DNA of 64,000 nt. It comes from an uncultured delta proteobacterium (GTDB lineage: Bacteria > Desulfobacterota > Binatia > JACPRU01). Shown piece after piece: positions 41,938 to 50,952 of the stretch. Position 1 is the stretch's first letter. Every line of letters starts with the position of its first letter. A program made the translations under genes and the position numbers. The stretch spans positions 224,001 to 288,000 of the forward strand of contig CAVUWD010000006.1 of the NCBI GenBank assembly GCA_963745025.1, read 5' to 3'. The notes under the pieces were generated by a model. The model saw only the letters and a program-made list of their open reading frames with translations. It ran no database searches and was not told the origin of the DNA.

Positions 41938-42570
41938 ATGAGCGAAACTTTACTTGTCGCAGAGGATCATCAAAGCGCCCGCGATCTCATCTCCTACGCT
42001 CTCCAAGGCGAGGGGTACGACCTGGTCTTCGCCGAGACCGGGACCCAGGCCCTAGAGATGCTCGGCGAGCGTCTGCCCGATGCGGCGCTATTGGACGTCG
42101 CCCTGCCCGGTGTCACGGGGACCGAGATCTGCCGGAAAATCAAGCTCGCCCGGCGATCCACGCCGGTCATCCTGATGAGCGGCGCGCTCGAGCGCGGCGA
42201 GCTCGAGAAGGAGAGCGCGGCAGCTGGGGCCGACGCCTTTCTGCCGAAGCCGTTTTCGCTCGACGAGCTCCGCACCGTGCTGCGCGCCTTCGCTCGGGTG
42301 CGCAGCCAGACGGTCGAGATCGAACGACTGCGATCGCTGGTCGCGGAGCGCGATCGCCAGATCGACGCCGCGCGGCCCGGCACGGCGAGCTCCGAGCTCG
42401 ACTGGGGCCTCCCCTACCACCGCTTCATGAAGCTCGCTCGCAAGGCGTACTTCGAGCACGCGCTCACGGTCGCGAGCGGAAACAAGTCGAAGCTCGCTCG
42501 CGACTCCGGTCTCGATCGTTCGACGCTCTACGTGCATCTGCGAAATCTCGGGATGCTCGGGGAGAAATGA
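41938..42570 (+). CDS. Response regulator: receiver, coiled coil and Fis-type HTH, no AAA+ domain
   Basis: LLVAEDH, LLDVALPG and FLPKPF; C-terminal GNKSKLARDSGLDRSTLYVHL. Confidence 0.88.
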   Translation: MSETLLVAEDHQSARDLISYALQGEGYDLVFAETGTQALEMLGERLPDAALLDVALPGVTGTEICRKIKLARRSTPVILMSGALERGELEKESAAAGADAFLPKPFSLDELRTVLRAFARVRSQTVEIERLRSLVAERDRQIDAARPGTASSELDWGLPYHRFMKLARKAYFEHALTVASGNKSKLARDSGLDRSTLYVHLRNLGMLGEK

Positions 42571-42638
42571 CGGCTACCGGTTACCGGCTCCCGCAGAATC
42601 CGCGGAGTCTTTGCCGGTGGCCGGAAGCCGGTAGCCGT
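42570..42638. repeat. GGCTACC-type REP-like element, copy C, filling the gap between convergent genes
   Basis: Perfect 11-bp termini ACGGCTACCGG / CCGGTAGCCGT, with three heptamer units per arm. Confidence 0.7.
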
Positions 42639-43127
42639 TCAGAGCTCCTCGCGGCAGTACGCGACCTGCCCAGGCGCCTCCGCGACACCGACTTCGATCC
42701 AGCGTACGCCGCGACGCTCGAGGTCCGGCAGCTCGGCTCGAATCTGGCACAGCACATAGCGGGCGAGCTCCTCCGCCGAGGAATGCACGATCGGCAGCAA
42801 CGCAACGTCGCTCTCCGGGAATGAGAACGCGGCGCCGTCATCGTAGGTCGCGACCACCTGTCCCGCCGGTCGCGTAACGTGTAGACAATCGCTTCGTGCG
42901 GGAAGGATGACTCGCTCGTCGAGGCGTTCGCAGACCCGCTTGGCGGCTTGTTTGAGCAGACCGAAGTCGAGAACGTATCCGTCGGCGCCGAGCCCGCCTT
43001 CCACGCGCACCGAGACCTGGTAGTTGTGGCCATGGAGCGGCTCGCGAAAGCCCTTGTAGGCGATGAAGTGCGCCGCCGAGAACTTCAGGTAGTCTTTGAA
43101 GACGTAAACTTGGTACGGCGCGTCCAT
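42639..43127 (-). CDS. queD: 6-carboxy-tetrahydropterin synthase / PTPS family
   Basis: FSAAHF, LHGHNY, DFGLLK and SSAEELA. Confidence 0.85.
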   Translation of the reverse strand: MDAPYQVYVFKDYLKFSAAHFIAYKGFREPLHGHNYQVSVRVEGGLGADGYVLDFGLLKQAAKRVCERLDERVILPARSDCLHVTRPAGQVVATYDDGAAFSFPESDVALLPIVHSSAEELARYVLCQIRAELPDLERRGVRWIEVGVAEAPGQVAYCREEL

Positions 43128-43136
43128 CGGCTCGAC

Positions 43137-44219
43137 CTAGGCGACCCGCACCGCCGTTTCCTCGACCTGAGGGGCTTCCTCCGCTGGCAGGCTCGCCGCC
43201 GTCTCGGCGAAACGGCAAAGAAGGTCGAGAATCGCCTGCTTGCTCCGTGCCTCGTTGATCGCGGCGCGTAGCGACGCCCCGTTGCGCAGACCCTTCGTCA
43301 CACGACCGGCAAACTGGCGCAGGCGGGCAGCGACCGCGACCGGAGCATGATCCTCTTCGAGGTAGGCTGCGTAGGTTTGCATCGCGTCGAGCCGCTCCTC
43401 GAGGGAGGGCTGATGGGCGACCGCGCCGTGGCGAAGCTCCTCGATCTGACGGAAGATCCACGGATTGGCGAGCGCGCTGCGCCCGATCATCACGCCGTCG
43501 GGAGCGAATTCGCGCTCGCGGCGAAGCGCATCGGCCGCCGTCATCACGTCGCCGCTGCCGACGACCGGGATCGACACGCGGCTGCGGATCGCGGGGATGA
43601 CGCTCCAGTCGGCCGCGCCGTGGTAGAGCTGAACCCTCGTCCGACCGTGAACGGTCACCATCGCCAGGCCCGCCGCTTCCGCGGCCGCGGCAACGTCGGC
43701 CGCGTTTCGACTCGCCTCGTCCCATCCCGAGCGCATCTTGAGCGTCACGGGGATCGTCACCTCGCGCCGCACCGCCTCGAGTATGCGGGAAAGTCGCTCG
43801 GGCTGACGCATGAGCTCGCAGCCGCCGCCGCGCTTGACCACCTTCGGCACGGGGCAGCCACAGTTGATGTCGAGGATGTCGGCGCCACTCTGCTGCACGA
43901 GCAGGGCCGCGCGCGCCATGCGATCGGCGTCCGCACCGAAGATCTGGATGGCGATTGGCCGCTCCTCGGGACGGAACCGCATCATTCGCAAGCTCTTCTC
44001 GTTGTCTCGGGTGAGCGCCTCGACACTGATGAACTCGGTGACCATCAACCCGACGGACCGGCCGCTCGCGCGCCGCACGATGCGGCGAAAGGCGGAATCG
44101 GTCACTCCCGACATCGGCGCGAGCATCAGCCGAGGAGAAATGCTCAGCGAACCGATCTGGAGAGGTTCCGTGGCCCCGTAGCCTGCAGCCCGAGGCCGGA
44201 AGCCCGCAGCCGCCTTCAA
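43137..44219 (-). CDS. dusB: tRNA-dihydrouridine synthase
   Basis: LAPMSGVTD, DINCGCPVPKV, VHGRTR and GVMIGR; GAGGAGG RBS then a TTG overlapping the helicase stop. Confidence 0.92.
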   Translation of the reverse strand: MKAAAGFRPRAAGYGATEPLQIGSLSISPRLMLAPMSGVTDSAFRRIVRRASGRSVGLMVTEFISVEALTRDNEKSLRMMRFRPEERPIAIQIFGADADRMARAALLVQQSGADILDINCGCPVPKVVKRGGGCELMRQPERLSRILEAVRREVTIPVTLKMRSGWDEASRNAADVAAAAEAAGLAMVTVHGRTRVQLYHGAADWSVIPAIRSRVSIPVVGSGDVMTAADALRREREFAPDGVMIGRSALANPWIFRQIEELRHGAVAHQPSLEERLDAMQTYAAYLEEDHAPVAVAARLRQFAGRVTKGLRNGASLRAAINEARSKQAILDLLCRFAETAASLPAEEAPQVEETAVRVA

Positions 44220-46210
44220 AATACCTCCTCGACCAGCGCCATGGGCTTCAGCAGCGAGTCGGGAAGATCTTCGACGAAGCGCGAGGGCCGGCCGAACGCG
44301 GGCCCCGAGCCGCGCTCGAAGTACTGGATCGGATACGAGATGTAGAGCAGGCGCTTGGCACGCGTGATCGCCACGTAACAGAGCCGGCGCTCTTCCTCGA
44401 GCTCGGCCTCGTCGAGCATCGAATATTGCACCGGAAACTTGCCCTCCGCGGCCCAGATCAGAAACACGGTGTGCCACTCGAGCCCTTTGGCGCTGTGGAT
44501 CGTCGACAGCGTGAGCCTTCCCTCGTCCGCGGCCTCGGCGAGCGTACCGCCGATGGCATCAGAAGGCGGCTCGAGAGCGAAATCGCTCAGCATCGACTCG
44601 AGGCTCCGATAGCGCGAGGCGATCGTCACCAGATGCTCGAGGTCCTTCAGCCGCCGCGGATGGTCATCCGGGTGGACGCGCTTCAAGATCGGCTCGTAGT
44701 GCGCAATCGCCCGCTCGAGCGCGGCCGCGGGGGGCGGCGCCTCGGACGCGAGCGCGGCCACGAGCAGCCCGAGCCGCTCGAGCTCCTTCGATTGTCCCGC
44801 GCGGCGACTGGCCAGCGTGAGCGCCGACACGTCCCCCCCATGCTCGGCGATCGCCTCGACCATCTCGCCAGCGGTTTTCGGCCCGATGCCCTCGAGCAGC
44901 AGCAGGATCCGCAGCCAAGAGACCGTGTCGAAGGGATTCACGGCGACCCGCAAGTGCGCGACGACGTCCTTCACATGCGCCGTCTCGACGAACTTGAAGC
45001 CCCCCCGCTTGACGAACGGCAGATCGGCACGCGCGAGCTCGAGCTCGAGATCGAAGGAGTGGAAGCTCGATCGAAAGAGCACCGCGATCTCCTCGAGTGG
45101 CACTCCTTCTTCGCGAAGCTCGAGGATCCGCTGGCAGACGAAGCGCGACTGGAAGCTCTCGTTCTCCGCCTGGACCAATAGCGGCGTCACGCCCTCGGTG
45201 AGGCGCGTGCGCAAGATTTTGGTGTAGCGCTCGGTCGCGCGTTCGATGACTGCGTTTGCGAGATCGAGAATCGGCTGGGTCGAGCGATAGTTCTCCTCGA
45301 GCGCGATCACCCGCGCTCCGGGAAAGCGTCGCTCGAAGTCCATGATGTTGCGAAAGTCCGCACCGCGGAAGGAATAAATCGATTGGGCGTCGTCGCCGAC
45401 CGCCATGACGTTTCGGTGCGCGACCGCGAGCCGTTCGACGATCTCGGCCTGCAGCCGATTGGTGTCCTGATATTCGTCGACCATTACGAAGCGGAGTTCC
45501 GCAGATAGGCGCTCGGCGACCTCGCCGCGAGCCTCGAGGAGATCGCGAAGCTTGACCAGCAGATCGTCGTAGTCGAACAGGTTCTTCTCCGCCTTGTAGG
45601 TCTCGTAGCGGGCGCGCAGATGCTCGAGGTCTTCGGCATGCTCGGCGAGATGCAGGTATTCGGACTCGATGATCACGCCGAGCGGGGCGCTCTTGTTGAC
45701 CACCGCGCTGAAAATCTCGGCGACCGTCTGCTTCTTCGGAAAGCGCCGATCCTTGCGGTCGAGACCCATCCCGGTTCGAAGCCACTGGATCACGTCCTCG
45801 CCGTCTCCGCGGTCGAGGATCGTGAAGCTACGCTCGCGCCCCGCTTCGCGCGCAAAGCGGCGGAGCACGAGATTGGCGAAGGAGTGGAACGTGCCGCCGC
45901 GGACACGCCCGCAGTCGTTTCCGACCAGCGCCGCGGCACGATCGAGCATGACCTCCGCCGCACGCCGCGTGAAGGTCAGGAGAAGAATGGACTGCGGCGC
46001 GATCCCGAGCTCCACGAGGCGGGCGACGCGATACACGAGCGTGCGTGTCTTGCCGCTCCCCGCGCCCGCGATGACGAGCACCGGTCCTTCGACGTGCGAC
46101 ACGGCTGCGTACTGCGCGGCATTCAGCTCGGCCGGATAGTCGATTCGGAGCTCGGGCGCGGGCCGCGACTCACCGCCCCGCGAGCGCAGGATATAGCTTT
46201 CGACCGACAT
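44216..46210 (-). CDS. UvrD/PcrA/Rep-family SF1 helicase
   Basis: AGAGSGKT, VDEYQDTN, VGDDAQSIYSFRGA, STIHSAKGLEW and EERRLCYVAITRAK; ATG at 46210. Confidence 0.95.
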   Translation of the reverse strand: MSVESYILRSRGGESRPAPELRIDYPAELNAAQYAAVSHVEGPVLVIAGAGSGKTRTLVYRVARLVELGIAPQSILLLTFTRRAAEVMLDRAAALVGNDCGRVRGGTFHSFANLVLRRFAREAGRERSFTILDRGDGEDVIQWLRTGMGLDRKDRRFPKKQTVAEIFSAVVNKSAPLGVIIESEYLHLAEHAEDLEHLRARYETYKAEKNLFDYDDLLVKLRDLLEARGEVAERLSAELRFVMVDEYQDTNRLQAEIVERLAVAHRNVMAVGDDAQSIYSFRGADFRNIMDFERRFPGARVIALEENYRSTQPILDLANAVIERATERYTKILRTRLTEGVTPLLVQAENESFQSRFVCQRILELREEGVPLEEIAVLFRSSFHSFDLELELARADLPFVKRGGFKFVETAHVKDVVAHLRVAVNPFDTVSWLRILLLLEGIGPKTAGEMVEAIAEHGGDVSALTLASRRAGQSKELERLGLLVAALASEAPPPAAALERAIAHYEPILKRVHPDDHPRRLKDLEHLVTIASRYRSLESMLSDFALEPPSDAIGGTLAEAADEGRLTLSTIHSAKGLEWHTVFLIWAAEGKFPVQYSMLDEAELEEERRLCYVAITRAKRLLYISYPIQYFERGSGPAFGRPSRFVEDLPDSLLKPMALVEEVF

Positions 46211-46224
46211 CGAACGGGATCGGC

Positions 46225-46614
46225 TTACTGGCTGTCCTGCCGCTCGGGGCCGGACTCGGCGTCGTGCGCGTGGACGATGTCGCCGAACTCCGAAAGATCG
46301 GCGAGTAACCTTCGCAGGTCTCCCTCCTGCTGCCCGCGATCGAGCACCTCGATCGTTCGCAGAGTCCGGTTCGCCCAGTGGCGAAGGAGCCGAATGTCGG
46401 AGAGGCCGGTCTTCACACCGGGCGTGGGGCGCGCACGCAGCTGCTGGTGTAGGCCTCGTTCCTTCTCCTGCAGGCTTGCGAGCAGCGTGATCACCGTCGC
46501 CTTGACGTTGTCGAGAATGCCCGCGAGCTCCGTGGGCGGCGGCGCTTCGTCGGCAGCGGCCGCTGCACCTCGCCGGCGCTTGCCCTCTCGCGAAATCTTG
46601 ACGGGGCGCGTCAC
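46225..46614 (-). CDS. Hypothetical helical protein, about 129 aa
   Basis: GTG start; GC3-rich codons; amphipathic helices (ELAGILDNVKATVITLLASLQEKE); 14 nt upstream of the helicase. Confidence 0.6.
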   Translation of the reverse strand: MTRPVKISREGKRRRGAAAAADEAPPPTELAGILDNVKATVITLLASLQEKERGLHQQLRARPTPGVKTGLSDIRLLRHWANRTLRTIEVLDRGQQEGDLRRLLADLSEFGDIVHAHDAESGPERQDSQ

Positions 46615-46934
46615 GATGGCCGATTGTGGCTCGAAGCTCGGAAAATGACAATCGCTCGCCGCGAGGGCTCGCGACGCGGCGACCCGTGCACGGTTTAGGA
46701 ACGGGCATCCAACGCAGGGCCAATTCCTCCTCCGCGAGAAGAGGTAATGATCCAGCCCGCTGCTCGGCCGCGGGCGCCATCCGGCAGATCGCAGGGCGCC
46801 ACGTTCGAGTCGGCAGCTCCGGCGTCCAGACGATCTCCTGGCGGCAGTTCTGAGCGGCGGTCCCTTGACCTCGTCACCGCCATCAGAGACGGTACGCGGC
46901 GATCTCTGATGTGGAACGTTCCCGAAGACAAGCA

Positions 46935-47170
46935 ATAAAGGCCTCTGTCTTTGCCTTACCAACGCTCCGGCAAGACGGAACGTGCGGGCGGTTGTGGTCG
47001 ATCCGTACTCGGGTCGACCACAACCGCCCGCAACCACGCGGAGCGTGGAAGGAGCCGCATTCCGCGCTCCGCGCGGCGCCTGGATTTTCCGGTCGCCCCG
47101 AGTACGGGCCGATCGGAAAATCCAGCGCTCAGGAATCCCAAGCCTTGGAGGCAAAGACTGACGGCATTAC
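46935..47170 (+). mobile_element. MITE-like element, copy 1 (degenerate left end)
   Basis: Ends ATAAAGGCCTCTGTCTTTGCC and GGCAAAGACTGACGGCATTAC; flanking ACAAGC at 46928-46933 and 47171-47176; three internal hairpins; colinear with 60637-60880. Confidence 0.75.
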
Positions 47171-47227
47171 ACAAGCGGACGGGTTCCGGTTGATCTGACG
47201 GGCTATCGTCGGGAGGATGACGCCAAC

Positions 47228-48589
47228 ATGCCGACACTGAACCCGGAGATCATCCGCGAGTACGACATCCGCGGCGTCGCCGACCACGATTTCACCGACG
47301 AAAACTGCTACCTGCTCGGCCGTGCGATCGGCACCTTCGAGCAGCGCGCCGGCAAGAAGCGGATCACGATCGGCCGCGACGCGCGGCTGCATTCTCCGCG
47401 CATTCACGCCGGCGTACTGAAAGGTCTGCTCGAGTCGGGACTCGAGGTGACCGACGTCGGCATGTGCGCGACGCCGCTTCTCTACTTCTCGGTCAACCAC
47501 TGGGAAATGGACGGCGGGGTGATGATCACCGCCAGCCATAATCCCGCCCCGGACAACGGGATCAAAATCTGCGTCGGCAAGAGCACGATCTACGGCGCCG
47601 ACCTTCGCAAGATCGGCGAGATGGTCGAGCAGCGGGACTTCCTCTCGGAGATGCGCGGCCGCGTCGTCGAACGAGCCGTGCTGCCGGACTACGTCGACTA
47701 CGTGAGCTCGCAGATCCGCGCGCCGCGAAAGCTCCGCGTAGCGATCGACGCCGGCAACGGTCCGGGCGGGGTTCCGGCCGTACCGATCTTCGAGAGGCTC
47801 GGGCACGAGGTGATCGAGCTCTACACGGAGCCGGACGGCCGCTTCCCGAACCATCATCCCGACCCGACGGTAGTCGACAACCTGAAGGACCTGATCGCTA
47901 CCGTGCGAGAGAAGCACTGTGACGTCGGAATCGCCTATGACGGCGACGCGGATCGGCTCGGCGTCGTCGACGAGGAGGGCCGTCCGGTCTGGGGCGATCA
48001 GCTGATGATCCTCTTCTCGCGCGCGATTCTCGAGAAACAGAAAGGCGGGACGTTCATCGCCGAGGTCAAGTGCTCGCGGACGCTCTACGACGACGTACCG
48101 AAGCACGGCGGCCGGATCATCATGTGGAAGACCGGCCACTCGCTCATCAAGCAGAAGATGAAGGAGGAGCATGCCCTTCTCGCCGGTGAGATGAGCGGTC
48201 ACATGTTCTTCGCCGACCGCTATTACGGCTTCGACGACGCGATTTACTCGTCGGCGCGGCTGGCCGAGATCCTCTCCGAAACGGGCAAGCGCGTCGGTGA
48301 GCTCCTCGCCGACGTGCCGAAAATGTTCTCGACGCCGGAGATCCGCGTGGCGGCGCCCGAAGCGCGAAAATTTCAGATCGTCGAGCAGCTGAAGCGGCGC
48401 TTCGTCAAGAAATACGAGGTGATCGACATCGACGGCGCGCGCATCAACTTTCCCGGCGGCTGGGGTCTGGTGCGAGCGTCGAACACCCAGGCCGTGCTGG
48501 TGCTGCGCTTCGAAGCCAAGGACGCGCCGACGCTCGATGCGATTCGCGCCGAGGTCGAAGGCGAGCTGAAGGCGCTCGCGACCGCGTAG
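47228..48589 (+). CDS. Phosphomannomutase/phosphoglucomutase (AlgC type)
   Basis: REYDIRG, ITASHNP, DGDADR and GEMSGH. Confidence 0.96.
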   Translation: MPTLNPEIIREYDIRGVADHDFTDENCYLLGRAIGTFEQRAGKKRITIGRDARLHSPRIHAGVLKGLLESGLEVTDVGMCATPLLYFSVNHWEMDGGVMITASHNPAPDNGIKICVGKSTIYGADLRKIGEMVEQRDFLSEMRGRVVERAVLPDYVDYVSSQIRAPRKLRVAIDAGNGPGGVPAVPIFERLGHEVIELYTEPDGRFPNHHPDPTVVDNLKDLIATVREKHCDVGIAYDGDADRLGVVDEEGRPVWGDQLMILFSRAILEKQKGGTFIAEVKCSRTLYDDVPKHGGRIIMWKTGHSLIKQKMKEEHALLAGEMSGHMFFADRYYGFDDAIYSSARLAEILSETGKRVGELLADVPKMFSTPEIRVAAPEARKFQIVEQLKRRFVKKYEVIDIDGARINFPGGWGLVRASNTQAVLVLRFEAKDAPTLDAIRAEVEGELKALATA

Positions 48590-48631
48590 CAGGCAACTTC
48601 CAGGCTCGGTGCTTCGGGCGCGCGGCCCGCG

Positions 48632-50857
48632 TCAGACCGGCGCGACCGTTACCGGGATGCCGTTGAGCACGGCGTTTCCGGAGAGTGTATCGATCACCTC
48701 GGGATCGGCGAGGAAGTTCGACGGCACGCCCGGGCGAGCGGCGGCGACGCCGAGGCGCACGCCTTCGAGCCCGTGGCCCCAGCCGTGCGGTAGGCTGACG
48801 ACTCCGGCCATGATCTCGTCGCTCACGGTAACCGGAGCCTCCACCTCCCCGACCCGGCTGACGATGCGAGCGTGGCCGCCGTCGACGAGGCCGAGCCGCG
48901 CGGCGTCGGTGGGATGGACGAGTAGCGTGCAGCGCTCGGGTCCCTTTACCAGCGAGGGCGCGTTGTGCATCCACGAGTTGTTCGAGCGGAGCTGGCGGCG
49001 GCCGATCAGCACGAGACCATCCGCCGGCCGATCGAGCGAGCGGCGCAGGCGGTCGACGTCCGCGACGATCAGCTCCTGCGCGAGCTCGATCTTGCCGCTC
49101 GGTGTCGCGAGCACGCCGGGAAGCCTCGGCTCGAGCGGTCCGAGATCCATGCCGTGCTCGGTCTCGCGCAAGCGCTTCAGGGAAAGACCCTCGCGCCGCT
49201 CGTCGAATCCGTCGCCGTAGGTGCCACCGCGAAGCAACAGGTCGAGCACGCGGGCCGGCCCCGGCTTCGTCCCCAGACGCTCGAGCGCGGCCGCAGCGGT
49301 CACCTTCGCCGTCGGGGTCCCCGCCCGCCCGACCGCCTGCGAGACCATCTTCGCGAATAGCTGGTCGTCGAACGCCTTGATGTCTCCGTCCGGCATGCCC
49401 ATCAGTCGCGCGCCGAGCGAGAGCAGGATCTCCCAGTCGTGCTTCGCCCCGGGCTCAGGCTCGATCGCCGTCGGCGAATACTTGGCGACGTTGCGGATCG
49501 CCAGGTTGTAGAGCAGCAGGTCGTAATTCTCGTGCTCGAGCGGCGATGTAGTCGGCAGGATCAAGTTCGCGTGGCGCGTCGTCTCGTTGCGGTAGATGTC
49601 GATCGCGACCATGTACTCGAGGCTCTCGAGCGCCCGTGCCAAGCGAGCGCCATCGGGCGTCGACAGCACCGGATTCCCGGCGACGGTTACGAGCCCGCGA
49701 ATCCTTCCCTCGCCCGGCGTCTCGATCTCCTCGGCGAGCGCTACGGCCGGAAGCTCGCCGCCGAACTCCGGCAGCTCGCGCACACGGCTCTTCCAGCGGC
49801 CGTAGGGAAGGCTTCGGCTCTTGCGGGAGGTATCGCCGTACTTGAACGAGGCCGCGGGCGTCGTGAACATCGCTCCGCCCGCACGATCGAGGTTGCCGGT
49901 CAGCACGTTCACGACGTCGACGAGCCAGCTCGCCAGCGTACCGAATTCCTGGGTGCACGTGCCGATGCGACCGTAGCATGCAGCCGACGGCGCCGCTGCG
50001 ATCTCGCGCGCGATGCGGCGCAACGTCGGCGCGTCGATCCCGACCCGGAGGGCCACCGCCTCCGGAGAGAACGATCGGGCGAGCGACCGCACCTCCTCCA
50101 CGCCCTCCACCATCGGCTCCAGCCGACCGAGGCGAAGGAGTCCCTCCGCGAAAAACGTGTGGACGAGCGCGAACAGGAACAGCGCGTCGGTCCCCGGGCG
50201 AATCGACACGTGCTCGTCGGCGAGGCGCGCGGTCTCGGTCCGCCGCGGGTCGACGACGACGAGCTTGCCTCCACGAGCGCGCAGCGCGCGTAGCCGTTTC
50301 GGCATCGCCGGAGCGGTCATCAGACTGCCGTTCGAGACCACCGGATTGGCGCCGATCACCACGAGGTAGGCGGTGCGGTCCACGTCCGGCACGGGAACGA
50401 GAAGCTGCTCGCCGAAGAGCATGCACGACGAAATCATCTTCGGAAGCTGGTCGACGGAGGTGGCGGAAAAGCGCTGGTGAGAGCCGAGCGCGCGGATCAG
50501 CACCCGGCCGTAGAGCATCGTGCCGAGATTGTGCGCGCTCGGATTGCCGAGGTAGATCCCGAGCGACTCTCCGCCGTGTCGATTGCGGACGCGCAACAGG
50601 TTGTCGGCCGCCTCGGCGAGCGCTTCGTCCCAGGGGATCTCTTGCCAGCCTTCGCCGGTGCGGCGGACGGGTCGGCGAAGCCGGTCGGGATCGTTCTGCA
50701 GATCCTTCAGGGCATACGCCTTGGGGCAGATGTAGCCTCGGCTGAACGGGTCTTGATCGTCGCCCCGCACGGAGAGGACCTGTCGACCCTCGGTTTCGAC
50801 CACGATGCCACAGGTCGCCTCGCAGAGCGGACACGCACGGAACGATCGTTGCGCCAT
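48632..50857 (-). CDS. Molybdopterin (bis-PGD) oxidoreductase with N-terminal 4Fe-4S motif, no Tat signal
   Basis: CPLCEATCG...GYICPK, GANPVVSNGS, VVDPRRTETA, RSNNSWMHN and SLPHGWGH. Confidence 0.92.
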   Translation of the reverse strand: MAQRSFRACPLCEATCGIVVETEGRQVLSVRGDDQDPFSRGYICPKAYALKDLQNDPDRLRRPVRRTGEGWQEIPWDEALAEAADNLLRVRNRHGGESLGIYLGNPSAHNLGTMLYGRVLIRALGSHQRFSATSVDQLPKMISSCMLFGEQLLVPVPDVDRTAYLVVIGANPVVSNGSLMTAPAMPKRLRALRARGGKLVVVDPRRTETARLADEHVSIRPGTDALFLFALVHTFFAEGLLRLGRLEPMVEGVEEVRSLARSFSPEAVALRVGIDAPTLRRIAREIAAAPSAACYGRIGTCTQEFGTLASWLVDVVNVLTGNLDRAGGAMFTTPAASFKYGDTSRKSRSLPYGRWKSRVRELPEFGGELPAVALAEEIETPGEGRIRGLVTVAGNPVLSTPDGARLARALESLEYMVAIDIYRNETTRHANLILPTTSPLEHENYDLLLYNLAIRNVAKYSPTAIEPEPGAKHDWEILLSLGARLMGMPDGDIKAFDDQLFAKMVSQAVGRAGTPTAKVTAAAALERLGTKPGPARVLDLLLRGGTYGDGFDERREGLSLKRLRETEHGMDLGPLEPRLPGVLATPSGKIELAQELIVADVDRLRRSLDRPADGLVLIGRRQLRSNNSWMHNAPSLVKGPERCTLLVHPTDAARLGLVDGGHARIVSRVGEVEAPVTVSDEIMAGVVSLPHGWGHGLEGVRLGVAAARPGVPSNFLADPEVIDTLSGNAVLNGIPVTVAPV

Positions 50858-50952
50858 GGGGTCAGCTATCAAACAAAACTTTTGCTTGCGCAACCCCGGG
50901 CGGCCGTCGTTAACTGGCCTTCCGCTGCCCTCCCGCGCCCCTGGAGAGACTC

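Noticed and set aside
46625-46931. Small ORFs between the hypothetical gene and MITE copy 1
   Set aside because: No frame shows convincing codon bias, RBS or motif.
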